Positions 29,587 through 38,163 of a stretch of DNA of 45,829 nucleotides are shown one piece after another; within the stretch, counting starts at the first letter, position 1, and every line of letters begins with the position of its first letter. Source of the DNA: Candidatus Culexmicrobium thermophilum (GTDB lineage: Archaea; Thermoproteota; Methanomethylicia; Culexarchaeales; B10-G16); assembly GCA_025061095.1 (NCBI GenBank), contig JANZKB010000002.1, positions 1 to 45,829 of the forward strand, given 5' to 3'. Position numbers and translations under genes: made by a program. Below the pieces are notes generated by a model. It was not told the origin of the DNA. It did not search any database and was given only the letters and a program-made list of their open reading frames with translations.

Positions 29587-30060
29587 ATGATGTCCGGTAA
29601 AGTCTCCGTCAACCATGTTAGAGAGATCATTGTCGGTGCATTCTGCCATGCCACAGAAGATGTTAGAAAAGTGGAGAAAGCTATTCTAAACCTCTTTCCA
29701 GAGGAGTTTAGAGGAGAACTTAAACTTTCAAGAGAATCTTTGAAAGGTTATTATGGGAATCCCATTACAGTTTTAAAGTTAAAATCTGGAGATCAGAAAC
29801 TTATAGCTTCATTTCTCGAATATTTGTCATCTTCTCTAAGTGATTCTGATAAATTTTTCTTGGAATCCACTTTCGATTTAAGAGTTAAAGGATCCAGCAT
29901 CTTTTATTTGAGGCTTAGTAAGACAGATGCATATAATGGTTCAATTGTTGTTTCAGACTCCGGAGATGTCATAAAGGTTGAATTGAAATTTAAGGTTAAG
30001 AGTAAACGGGAACTCATGGAGCTCTGTAAATCCATTAATCTACTTATGGGTGAACGTTAA
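29587..30060 (+). CDS. RNA-binding protein (DUF54/PF01877-like)
   Basis: HATED..KV..A, GYYGNPI, YLRL.K; canonical position between L15e and Rpp30. Confidence 0.88.
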   Translation: MMSGKVSVNHVREIIVGAFCHATEDVRKVEKAILNLFPEEFRGELKLSRESLKGYYGNPITVLKLKSGDQKLIASFLEYLSSSLSDSDKFFLESTFDLRVKGSSIFYLRLSKTDAYNGSIVVSDSGDVIKVELKFKVKSKRELMELCKSINLLMGER

Positions 30061-30805
30061 ATTGGCTAAGAGAAGATTTATAGACCTCCATGTATTCTCC
30101 AATCTTTCTATAGGTTCATCATCTATAGATGAGATTGCTCAGATGGCGGTTGAACTGGGATACCGTGCAGTTGGACTTGCAGATTTCAATAAGGATAATC
30201 TAAATTTAATTGAGGATTTGAGGAGGAAATTTTCTGAATATGGTTTGGACCTTATAAGTAGAGTTGATTTAAACTGTTCTTCTCCCTCTGAACTTAAAAG
30301 GAAACTTAGATTTTATAGGAGAAAAGTGGAGATAATTTCAGTTTTCTGTAGAAATTTACAGATTGCCAGGCTTGCTGCCAGGGATAGGAGAGTTGACCTT
30401 CTCAACTTTACATATAAGAGTAGACAGTTTAATTTCTTCGATGCTTCAGAGGCTTCATTATCTCTTAAAGGTGAAACTGCTCTTGAAATAAATTTAAGAG
30501 ATCTATTATTTGCCGGAACCTCCGGTGAGAGAATACAGTTTTTCAAGATTTGCCGCGAAAATGTCAAATTAGCTAAAAAGCATGGTGTTCCCCTAGTTTT
30601 CTCCTCAGGTGCCAGAAGCATACTTGAGATGAGAGGTCCAAGAGAGCTGGCTGCTGTGGCTTCTCTTCTAGATTTAACTGAGTTTGAGGCTAGAGAAACC
30701 CTTTCAACGATACCGTTCAATATAGTTCAAAGGAATAGGGAAAAATTAAGTGAGAATTTTATTCTTCCAGGTGTCAGGAGAATTAGAGGTGAGATTGATT
30801 GGTGA
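30050..30805 (+). CDS. rnp3: Ribonuclease P protein component 3 (Rpp30)
   Basis: DLH, R.A.RD.RVD.L, ALE.NL, SSGA.S...MR.PRE, P...V.RNR. Confidence 0.9.
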   Translation: MNVKLAKRRFIDLHVFSNLSIGSSSIDEIAQMAVELGYRAVGLADFNKDNLNLIEDLRRKFSEYGLDLISRVDLNCSSPSELKRKLRFYRRKVEIISVFCRNLQIARLAARDRRVDLLNFTYKSRQFNFFDASEASLSLKGETALEINLRDLLFAGTSGERIQFFKICRENVKLAKKHGVPLVFSSGARSILEMRGPRELAAVASLLDLTEFEARETLSTIPFNIVQRNREKLSENFILPGVRRIRGEIDW

Positions 30806-31173
30806 AGGGGTGGAGGCGAAGATACATAATCTTTCAAATTTACTCTGCAAAAAATCTTCAATTTGAAAAGCATGATGTTTTGAATGTTCTCTTTAAGACG
30901 ATTCTCAAACTTTTCGGGGAGATCGGTGCAAGTTTATTGAACTTCAATTTAATCTATCATGATTCCGTTAAAGGTAGAGGTATAATTAGATGCAACCATG
31001 ATAAAGTTTGCTGGCTTAGAGCTGCAGCTGCTTTCATAAGCGATATAAATGGTACTCCAATTACATTTCATATATTAAAGGTTACGGGTTCAATTAGAAG
31101 AGCGAAAGAAATACTTAATAGCCTTCCCTCCAGCAAAGTATTGGGGGATGAAGAAGCCGTCCCAGGTGTCTGA
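30799..31173 (+). CDS. rnp2: Ribonuclease P protein component 2 (Pop5/Rpp14)
   Basis: RRRYI.F.I, LFGE.G, GIIRC, V.GSIRRA. The last ~11 codons overlap a predicted sRNA. Confidence 0.92.
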   Translation: MVKGWRRRYIIFQIYSAKNLQFEKHDVLNVLFKTILKLFGEIGASLLNFNLIYHDSVKGRGIIRCNHDKVCWLRAAAAFISDINGTPITFHILKVTGSIRRAKEILNSLPSSKVLGDEEAVPGV

Positions 31174-31214
31174 CTTTGGGCAGGAATGACGTCCTCGCGA
31201 CGAACCGACCCCAA
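31141..31214 (+). ncRNA. Putative box C/D guide sRNA
   Basis: Terminal stem TTGGGG(31141-46)/CCCCAA(31209-14); box C ATGAAGA 31148-54; D' CTGA 31170-73; C' ATGACGT 31186-92; D CCGA 31205-08; 12-nt D guide; GC-rich against AT-rich flanks; followed by T6. Confidence 0.75.
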
Positions 31215-31219
31215 CACCG

Positions 31220-31225
31220 TTTTTT
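31220..31225 (+). terminator. Oligo-T terminator after Pop5/sRNA
   Basis: TTTTTT immediately after the sRNA terminal stem. Confidence 0.55.
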
Positions 31226-31355
31226 AACCCTTAATTCATGGTGGAAAAGCCAATAGAAAGCTGTTTACATAAAAGACCTAAAACAATCTCTTATTAGAAG
31301 TTTGACATTACTTCTTTAAAGTGTAAGACCTATATTTTAAGTTCATTCTGCAGGT

Positions 31356-31778
31356 CTATTTGATTAGTTCTCTTGGATCTATTCTTCTTAGACCTGGTAT
31401 TTTATCAAATACATTATCCGTTGAAATCATTATGCGATCATCAATTTTATTTAGTGCTGTTGCTGCATAGTAGGCGTCAAACAATGATGTTAAGTTGTAT
31501 TGTTGCATTAAAGTAAATGCTAACAAGTCTATTATATAGTCTGTCTCGATTAACTTCAGATTGTTTATGGCTGTTATTGCTGAGACCCTAGATATAAATT
31601 CGTTTAGAGAGATTCCTTCCTGCATGGACACATAATATAATTCATGCAGTACTTCTCTTGAAGCGTAAACTTCTCCAAATTCACCCTTCTCTATTCTTTC
31701 AATCAATTTCTCTGCAGTGGGTTTCAACCAGTCTTCAGATTTAACATAAGCGTATAAAACATCTGTTTCAATCATCAT
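31356..31778 (-). CDS. vapC: VapC-family PIN toxin
   Basis: IETD.L, ..E..HE, FDA..AA.A, STD..FD.I.GL.R.DP; 4-nt overlap with the upstream antitoxin. Confidence 0.88.
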   Translation of the reverse strand: MMIETDVLYAYVKSEDWLKPTAEKLIERIEKGEFGEVYASREVLHELYYVSMQEGISLNEFISRVSAITAINNLKLIETDYIIDLLAFTLMQQYNLTSLFDAYYAATALNKIDDRIMISTDNVFDKIPGLRRIDPRELIK

Positions 31779-32023
31779 AACTGCTTCCTCCTTTCAGCTC
31801 TCTTAACTGCATCTTTTCTAGCTAATTCTTCCGCCATTTTTTTCAATTCACGTCGAGTTCTGCTAGTTTCCAACCAATTCTTAGCATAGTTAACAGGTTC
31901 AGGTGGAATAGGAATTATTATGAAGAAGCTTCCAGCTGGAATTATTATTGCTTTTGTACTCTTCACTTTCATTTTTCTAGGTATGGTGAGCCTGCCCCTA
32001 CTATCAATATTTACAACCGCCAA
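31775..32023 (-). CDS. AbrB/MazE/SpoVT-type antitoxin (VapB-like)
   Basis: V.IDSRGR.TIP swapped-hairpin motif, 82 aa, directly upstream of vapC. TTTATATA box on the minus strand at 32057-32064. Confidence 0.85.
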   Translation of the reverse strand: MAVVNIDSRGRLTIPRKMKVKSTKAIIIPAGSFFIIIPIPPEPVNYAKNWLETSRTRRELKKMAEELARKDAVKRAERRKQL

Positions 32024-32270
32024 GCTAATCCCTCAACGCTACAATATACCCGCAAATATATAAAATTGACCATAATCTTACTAACAACCCAATCTGCTTT
32101 CATTGCTATGTTTTTGTTGATGGCTATTCTTGAAAAGTTATGATGATGAGATTTTAGGTCAGGAAGCTAACCTACTAGTATTTAATATGAGGATTTTACG
32201 ATGGATGAAATTATTTTTATACTATTTTAGTGAATTTGAATGTCCATTTTAGGTAACGCATTTAGATGAA

Positions 32271-32617
32271 TTGGCTAATTCATTGTATATTATACTAAGC
32301 TATATATTCCGCTCAATATTATCTTTATCAATTATCCTCTTTATATTTGGAGTAAGTTTAATCATTACTGGAGCAGTTTACAGGAAAAGTTATTTCCAAT
32401 TTAAAGATCCCAATTTACTAAAAGAGGGAACTAAAGAACGTGAAATTTGGAGAATCAAAGAAGTTGAAAGATCCGACGTGAAAATTTTATACGAGTCGTA
32501 AGAGAACAACTTTTAGAAAAAGAAGAAAAAATTAAATGAAAAGTAAACGATGGTGAATATTATTTTCTTTCTAAGAAAGGCAAAAAATTACTGGAAGCTT
32601 ATAAAAGAGTTCGTTAA
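32271..32617 (+). pseudogene. Decayed gene: hydrophobic N-terminal segment plus winged-helix-like C-terminus
   Basis: The 76-aa ORF has a TM-like stretch. A shifted frame from 32471 reads IRRENFIRVVREQLLEKEEKIK*KVNDGEYYFLSKKGKKLLEAYKRVR*, with an internal TGA at 32537. Confidence 0.45.
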
Positions 32618-33120
32618 AACAGCAGTTTCACTTTATGAGGGCTGAAACCACTATAGCATCGATTTCCTAGTCTTGCTTCTCAATAACCTTAGATAATTCG
32701 TGAAGTAAGCCTTGCCAATCATTCTTTTCATGTAAATTTCTATAAGATTTAATGCGAATCTAAGGGCGGCCTGAATACCAGTCGATCACGGCTGAAATAT
32801 GGATTTCAGCCTATAATCTCGAAGTAAACTATAATATTTAAATTCTCTACCTGCTTTAAGCATGCTTAAAACAAGGTTTACACATCAACAATAAAAATAT
32901 GATAATGTCAATCTCTTTGGTGTATTAGCGAGGAACCGGCCCCTCCTCATGCTTTAGCTTTCTCTTAAATTTCGAATTTTGCATTTTTACATTTGGGATA
33001 TTTTGAAAGTTATATTTCGTCAAAATTGAAGACTACAGTTCAATGAAAATGTAAGAATTTTTTACAGAAAATTTAATAATAAAATGTCACATTTAAGGTC
33101 TAGTAATTGGGAGTGAAATC

Positions 33121-34875
33121 ATGTCCATGAATGTTGTTGAGAAGCTGAAAATTGTTGAGGAGATTGTAAAGTTACCATGGTATGGGCTTGCTGGAATAAC
33201 ACATAATAAACTAATATATGTGTCAACTAGAGAAGGCATAAGGAATCTGTGGGCTTTAGATTTTGAAACGAATAAGGCTCTAAAGTTAACTGCGAAGGGG
33301 ATAAGTGGAGTTGCAGACGTTAAATCTAAATCTCCACTAATATTATATATCAGAGATGTTACGGGTGGGAAAGAGTTACATAACGTTTTTTCAATTAACG
33401 TCAATAATGTTAAGGAGAAGGTAGCTGTCGATTTTGAACCTAAAAGAATTTTTGGAATATCTTTTGATGGAGAAAAATTGGCTCTTAGCTGTGCTGGTAA
33501 AAATGAAGTAGAAATTTACATTGCAAAGCCAGAGGAGAAATATGAAAAAATATATGGAGTAAAGGCCTTGGCTATAGTTACAGGTAATGATGGAAATTTA
33601 ATTGCCGGTTATGGCTCATTTAAAGATCCTAAAATCTTCGAAATCTTCATATATGATCTTGAAAACGGCATCTTCAAAATCTACACTCCAAAGGAAGGAG
33701 CGTCATGCAAGCCGCCCCGAGTATCTAATGGAAAGCTGCTTTTTTCAACAGATGCTTTTGGAGATGAAAGGCTAATGATATATAATTTTTATGAAAATGT
33801 GCTTAAAGAATTGGAACTGCCACATGAGGATTACAAGAAATACAAATTTTCTGAATATGTAAATTATGGTTGGACTGAAGATGAAAGAATATGGTTTATC
33901 GGTGAAATTAACGGTAGAACTAAACTGTTCATAGATGGCATGGAAGTAAAGCTTCCGGAGGGATTTGCAGGCAATGCATGTATTCATGGAGGTAACATCT
34001 ACGTTACATGGTCATCAGCCAAAACACCTATGAGAATTTTAAAAGTTAACTTGAAGAGCAGTAAGATTGAAAATTTCCTTGGGGCAGAGCTTCCGGAACA
34101 CATTTCGAAATGCTTTGGCGACGTAAAATTTGTGGAATATGAAAGCTTCGATGGACTTAAGATTCCGATGTATATATTTGAAAGTAAAAAGGCATCTAAG
34201 CCTGGTCCAGCAATAATTTATGTGCATGGAGGACCATGGGGTGAAGTCAACGATTCATGGAATAGAACTATAAGCTCACTGATAGCTTCCGGATACCATG
34301 TATTTGCACCAAACTTTAGAGGATCCACAGGTTATGGTGAAAAGTTTAGAAGGCTGGATATTGGCGATCCAGGTGGCGGAGACTTAATAGATATAATTTA
34401 CGCTAGAAAATATGCCGTTGAAACAGGATTAGCAGATGAGGGAAAAATTGCAATAATGGGCTACAGTTACGGCGGCTTCATGACCTATCTAGCTACAGTT
34501 AAGCATCCGGATCTGTGGAAATGTGGAGTTGCTGGGGCGGGAATAGTGGACTGGGAGGAACTATATCATCTGAGCGATTCAATATTCAAACAGTTTGTAG
34601 AGATGCTATTTGCAGGTAAAAGAGAGCTTTGGAAAGATAGGTCGGCGATGAGTTTCGCAGAAAAACTTAGAGCTCCACTATGCATAATACATCCTCAAAA
34701 TGATACTAGAACACCGTTGAAACCAGTACTTAAATATTGTATGAAGCTATTAGAGCTCGGTAAAACCTTTGAAGTGCACATAGCTCCAGACATGGGACAT
34801 GTAATTATGAAAGTGGATGATGCGATAAAAATACTATTTCCAGCAATAATATTTCTAGAAAGATACATGAAGTAG
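33121..34875 (+). CDS. S9 family peptidase (acylaminoacyl-peptidase-like; beta-propeller plus alpha/beta hydrolase)
   Basis: VHGGPW, NFRGSTGYG, nucleophile GYSYGG, NDTRT (Asp), MGH (His); no signal peptide. Confidence 0.93.
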   Translation: MSMNVVEKLKIVEEIVKLPWYGLAGITHNKLIYVSTREGIRNLWALDFETNKALKLTAKGISGVADVKSKSPLILYIRDVTGGKELHNVFSINVNNVKEKVAVDFEPKRIFGISFDGEKLALSCAGKNEVEIYIAKPEEKYEKIYGVKALAIVTGNDGNLIAGYGSFKDPKIFEIFIYDLENGIFKIYTPKEGASCKPPRVSNGKLLFSTDAFGDERLMIYNFYENVLKELELPHEDYKKYKFSEYVNYGWTEDERIWFIGEINGRTKLFIDGMEVKLPEGFAGNACIHGGNIYVTWSSAKTPMRILKVNLKSSKIENFLGAELPEHISKCFGDVKFVEYESFDGLKIPMYIFESKKASKPGPAIIYVHGGPWGEVNDSWNRTISSLIASGYHVFAPNFRGSTGYGEKFRRLDIGDPGGGDLIDIIYARKYAVETGLADEGKIAIMGYSYGGFMTYLATVKHPDLWKCGVAGAGIVDWEELYHLSDSIFKQFVEMLFAGKRELWKDRSAMSFAEKLRAPLCIIHPQNDTRTPLKPVLKYCMKLLELGKTFEVHIAPDMGHVIMKVDDAIKILFPAIIFLERYMK

Positions 34876-35226
34876 TAATTCGAATCTAACTGTAATGCAA
34901 AACGTTAAAAACCTAATTTCAAATTTTTGACTGGTTATGGGTTTCCATAGCTCCCATAACTTCAATCGATAAATTTCATGTGTCTTTATCCAATCAAATG
35001 TTCAGCTTGTAATTTCGTTTAAATTTAAAACCTTCATGAGAGTATGAAGAATGTAATGTGCAGAGATTCCTGCAAATGCTCCGAAGGCTAGATGCGTTAT
35101 TAATGCATAGAGAAGTGACAATTTCAATATTGTTGAAGGCATTTAAAGTATGAATGCCATAAAATATATGCATGCAAGTTTCGAGAGGCTGCTTAAAATT
35201 CCAGCCGTCAAGTTAAAGAATAGCTG

Positions 35227-35886
35227 CTACCGCCTCAAAAGATGATACAGTATGTCTCTTACTATTCCCAATGTTTCTCCACTTATCGTTTTAACTTTTA
35301 AGATTCCCAAGTTTAATATTTTTCCAACTTTCAATTTCACATTTTCAATTCTCCTAATATTCTTCATAGGCATATCCAATATTCTTCCATCATTACCTGT
35401 TGAAGCTAAAATGGATGCTGCAAATACACCTATAATTCCAGAACCGTCTCCTCTAAGTTGCAGAAGCGTTATAGAATGCTTATCTGCAGCCTCAATTATC
35501 TCTTTCCTAGAGACAAGTTTCCTCCTAACTTTTAATGCTATTTGGAGGAGTTCGTCTGGAGGTGGAGATTTAAAGCTTAAAGCTACCCCTGCATTACTGT
35601 TTGAAGCCGCTAACTTATCGACTATTCTAACCGTTTTCTCTAAGATTTTATTCGACTCTTCTCTTCTATCTATAGATATGGTTAGGGGCTTTCGCACTGT
35701 TTCTACCTTTAGTCTTTATGATGTTTTCAGGTTTAATTAATTGATGCCTCGTAACCCATAGCACATTAAAGCCTTCTTTAACAAGTTCTTCAGCCAATTC
35801 TCTAGCTACTCTTCCTGTTCCCATTCCAGTTCACGCATATCTTTTTCTTTCATATCAGTGTCATCTAAACCTATGAAGATAAGCAA
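35227..35886 (-). pseudogene. Frameshifted TiaS N-terminal-like (GxDDTD) protein
   Basis: MLIFIGLDDTD from TTG 35886; shift near 35831 into TGMGTGRVARELAE..VTRHQL..T..NSA; shift near 35686 into LTISID..GDGSGIIG..A....TGNDGR. Confidence 0.75.
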
Positions 35887-36075
35887 AACCTTCACCTGAA
35901 TTAAATCTGACCTTTCAAAGTAAATATTTATGTTAAAGTCTTAAACATAATATGTTTTGCACCGTTAACCTAGCATTTAAAGAAACGAAAATATAAACAT
36001 TTATAATTAAAGTCTAGGTTAAATATTGCAGTAATCATGAAACATTCAAGCTGTGCTCAATGAGGGAGACATATT

Positions 36076-37056
36076 ATGCTGCTTCAAGTTGAAGGGTTGA
36101 AGATGTACTATGAAATTTTAGGGAAAGGTTTAGTTCACGCTGTTGATGACGTATTCTTCTCGTTGGATAAGGGTGAAACTTTAGGTGTTGTAGGCGAATC
36201 TGGGTGTGGAAAAAGCAGCTTAGCTATATCAATTTTAAGGCTTCTGCCAATTAACGGCAAAATTTTGGGGGGACGAATTCTTTTAGATGGCGTTGACATT
36301 TTAAATATGGATCTTGAAAAATTTAGAAAGGAGATTAGATGGAAACGTATCTCCATAGTATTCCAAGGTGCTATGAATGCTTTGAACCCAGTTTTAAGGG
36401 TTGGAGATCAGATTGCTGAGGCAATTATGCTCCATAGCGATGTAAGTAAAAAGGAGGCTATGAAAAGAGTTATTTCTCTTCTCGAAATGGTTGGAATAGA
36501 TGGGTCGAGGGCTAAAGGTTATCCATTCGAATTTAGTGGAGGTATGCGGCAAAGGGTTATGATCGCAATGGCCCTAGCCCTCAACCCGGAGATTCTTATA
36601 GCAGATGAACCTACAACCGCTCTAGATGTTATAGTTCAAGCACAGATACTTAAACTTATAAAAAATATTCAGAGAAGACTTGAATTATCCGTTATATTAA
36701 TATCTCATGATATTTCGATGGTTAGTGAGTTAAGCGATAAACTCGCCATTATGTATGCTGGACAGATAGTTGAGCTTGGAGATATGGTTGACGTTTACCT
36801 CAACCCATTACACCCATACACTAAGGCTCTCCTATCATCTGTGCCAAGTATAAAGATGAAGAGGAGGCTTCTAAAATCTATTCCAGGTGCTCCTCCAAAC
36901 CTGCTGCAGCCTCCTAAGGGTTGCAGATTTCATCCGCGATGCCCGTTTAAAGCGGATATATGTGAAGAAGAGGAACCCGAATTCGTTTCTGTTTCTAAAG
37001 ATCATTTTGTAAGATGCCATAGATTTGAGGAGTTGAGGGGAGTTGAATTCAAGTGA
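36076..37056 (+). CDS. oppD: Oligopeptide/dipeptide ABC transporter ATP-binding protein (OppD/DppD)
   Basis: GESGCGKS, FSGGMRQR, IADEPTTALD, HPYT..LL, C-terminal GCRFHPRC..C..CH. Confidence 0.95.
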   Translation: MLLQVEGLKMYYEILGKGLVHAVDDVFFSLDKGETLGVVGESGCGKSSLAISILRLLPINGKILGGRILLDGVDILNMDLEKFRKEIRWKRISIVFQGAMNALNPVLRVGDQIAEAIMLHSDVSKKEAMKRVISLLEMVGIDGSRAKGYPFEFSGGMRQRVMIAMALALNPEILIADEPTTALDVIVQAQILKLIKNIQRRLELSVILISHDISMVSELSDKLAIMYAGQIVELGDMVDVYLNPLHPYTKALLSSVPSIKMKRRLLKSIPGAPPNLLQPPKGCRFHPRCPFKADICEEEEPEFVSVSKDHFVRCHRFEELRGVEFK

Positions 37057-38035
37057 ACCTGTAATTAGAGCTGTAAATTTGAAGAAGTATTTTCCCGTTA
37101 GAGGGCGTATTTTCGACGTTATTCGGAGAAGGCCTAAATTATATGTTAGAGCTGTTGACGATATAACATTCGACATCTATGAGCGGGAAATATTCGGTTT
37201 GGCCGGTGAATCTGGATGCGGAAAAACTACGACGGGGAAAACTATACTTAGATTGATTGAACCAACTTCTGGAAAATTATTTTTCAAAGGAGATGATCTA
37301 CTTAAATATGATGGATCCAAGCTTAAAGAGTTTAGGAGGAGAGCCCAAATAATATTTCAGGATCCATATGAATCGCTCAATCCTAGAATGAACATTTACA
37401 GCATAGTTGAAGAACCGCTTAGAATTCATAAGATAGGTGATAAAAATGAACGATTAGAAATGGTTTTAAAGGTTCTTGAAGATGTAGAGTTAAAACCTCC
37501 AGAGAATTTCATTTATAGGCGTCCACACGAGCTTAGCGGTGGGCAACGTCAGAGAGTGGCAATTGCAAGGGCCATGATCCTTAACCCCGAATTCATAGTG
37601 GCAGATGAACCTGTCTCAATGTTAGACATGTCGATTAGAGCTGAAATCCTTAACTTGATGTTGAAGCTGAGAGATGAATACAAGTTAGCCTATCTGTTTA
37701 TAACACATGATCTCGCTGTGGCGAAATATATCTGCAGCCGCCTAGGCATAATGTATTTAGGTAAGCTTCTCGAGCTTGGATCAGCTGAGAAAGTTATAGA
37801 TGAACCTTATCATCCATATACTAGGGCATTGATTTCCGCGATACCTACACCCGACCCAAGGGAGAAGATAGGGGAGATACCGATTAAAGGAGAGGTTACC
37901 TCTCCGATAAATGTTCCGAAGGGATGTAGATTTTACCCTAGATGTGTTAGGGCTATGGATATATGTAAAGAGAAGGAGCCTAAACTAATGGAAGTTTCCA
38001 AAGGACATTTCGTAGCCTGCCATCTATATGCGTAA
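37043..38035 (+). CDS. oppF: Oligopeptide/dipeptide ABC transporter ATP-binding protein (OppF/DppF)
   Basis: GESGCGKTT, FQDPYESLNP, LSGGQRQR, ADEPVSMLD, GCRF.PRC. Confidence 0.95.
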   Translation: MNSSEPVIRAVNLKKYFPVRGRIFDVIRRRPKLYVRAVDDITFDIYEREIFGLAGESGCGKTTTGKTILRLIEPTSGKLFFKGDDLLKYDGSKLKEFRRRAQIIFQDPYESLNPRMNIYSIVEEPLRIHKIGDKNERLEMVLKVLEDVELKPPENFIYRRPHELSGGQRQRVAIARAMILNPEFIVADEPVSMLDMSIRAEILNLMLKLRDEYKLAYLFITHDLAVAKYICSRLGIMYLGKLLELGSAEKVIDEPYHPYTRALISAIPTPDPREKIGEIPIKGEVTSPINVPKGCRFYPRCVRAMDICKEKEPKLMEVSKGHFVACHLYA

Positions 38036-38163
38036 TTCACAATTTAACCTATAGAATCTGTTCTATATTGTTGCAGTCTAACAATATATAAAAGTATATA
38101 TAATGTGTACCATGAAATTATTATAGCCATATCCAAATAAGCCTTAAAATAGGTGGATTAAAG

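Noticed and set aside
31141..31219. Alternative reading of the sRNA as an H/ACA RNA (ACA at 31214-16, 3 nt before the T-tract) or as RNase P RNA given its neighbours
   Set aside because: No clean pseudouridylation pocket; too short and lacking the P4 consensus for RNase P RNA. The four-box C/D geometry fits better.
32625..32648. GTTTCA...TGAAAC 24-mer resembling a CRISPR repeat
   Set aside because: Single copy, no spacers, no cas genes in the window.
32926..32952. GC-rich patch; the minus strand reads ATGAGGA-GGGGCCGGTTCCTCG-CTAA, like half a C/D sRNA
   Set aside because: No second box pair or terminal stem, and no target I can recognise.
34876..35226. Possible coding debris between the peptidase and the TiaS-like pseudogene
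   Set aside because: Only short, stop-interrupted frames with no identifiable family.
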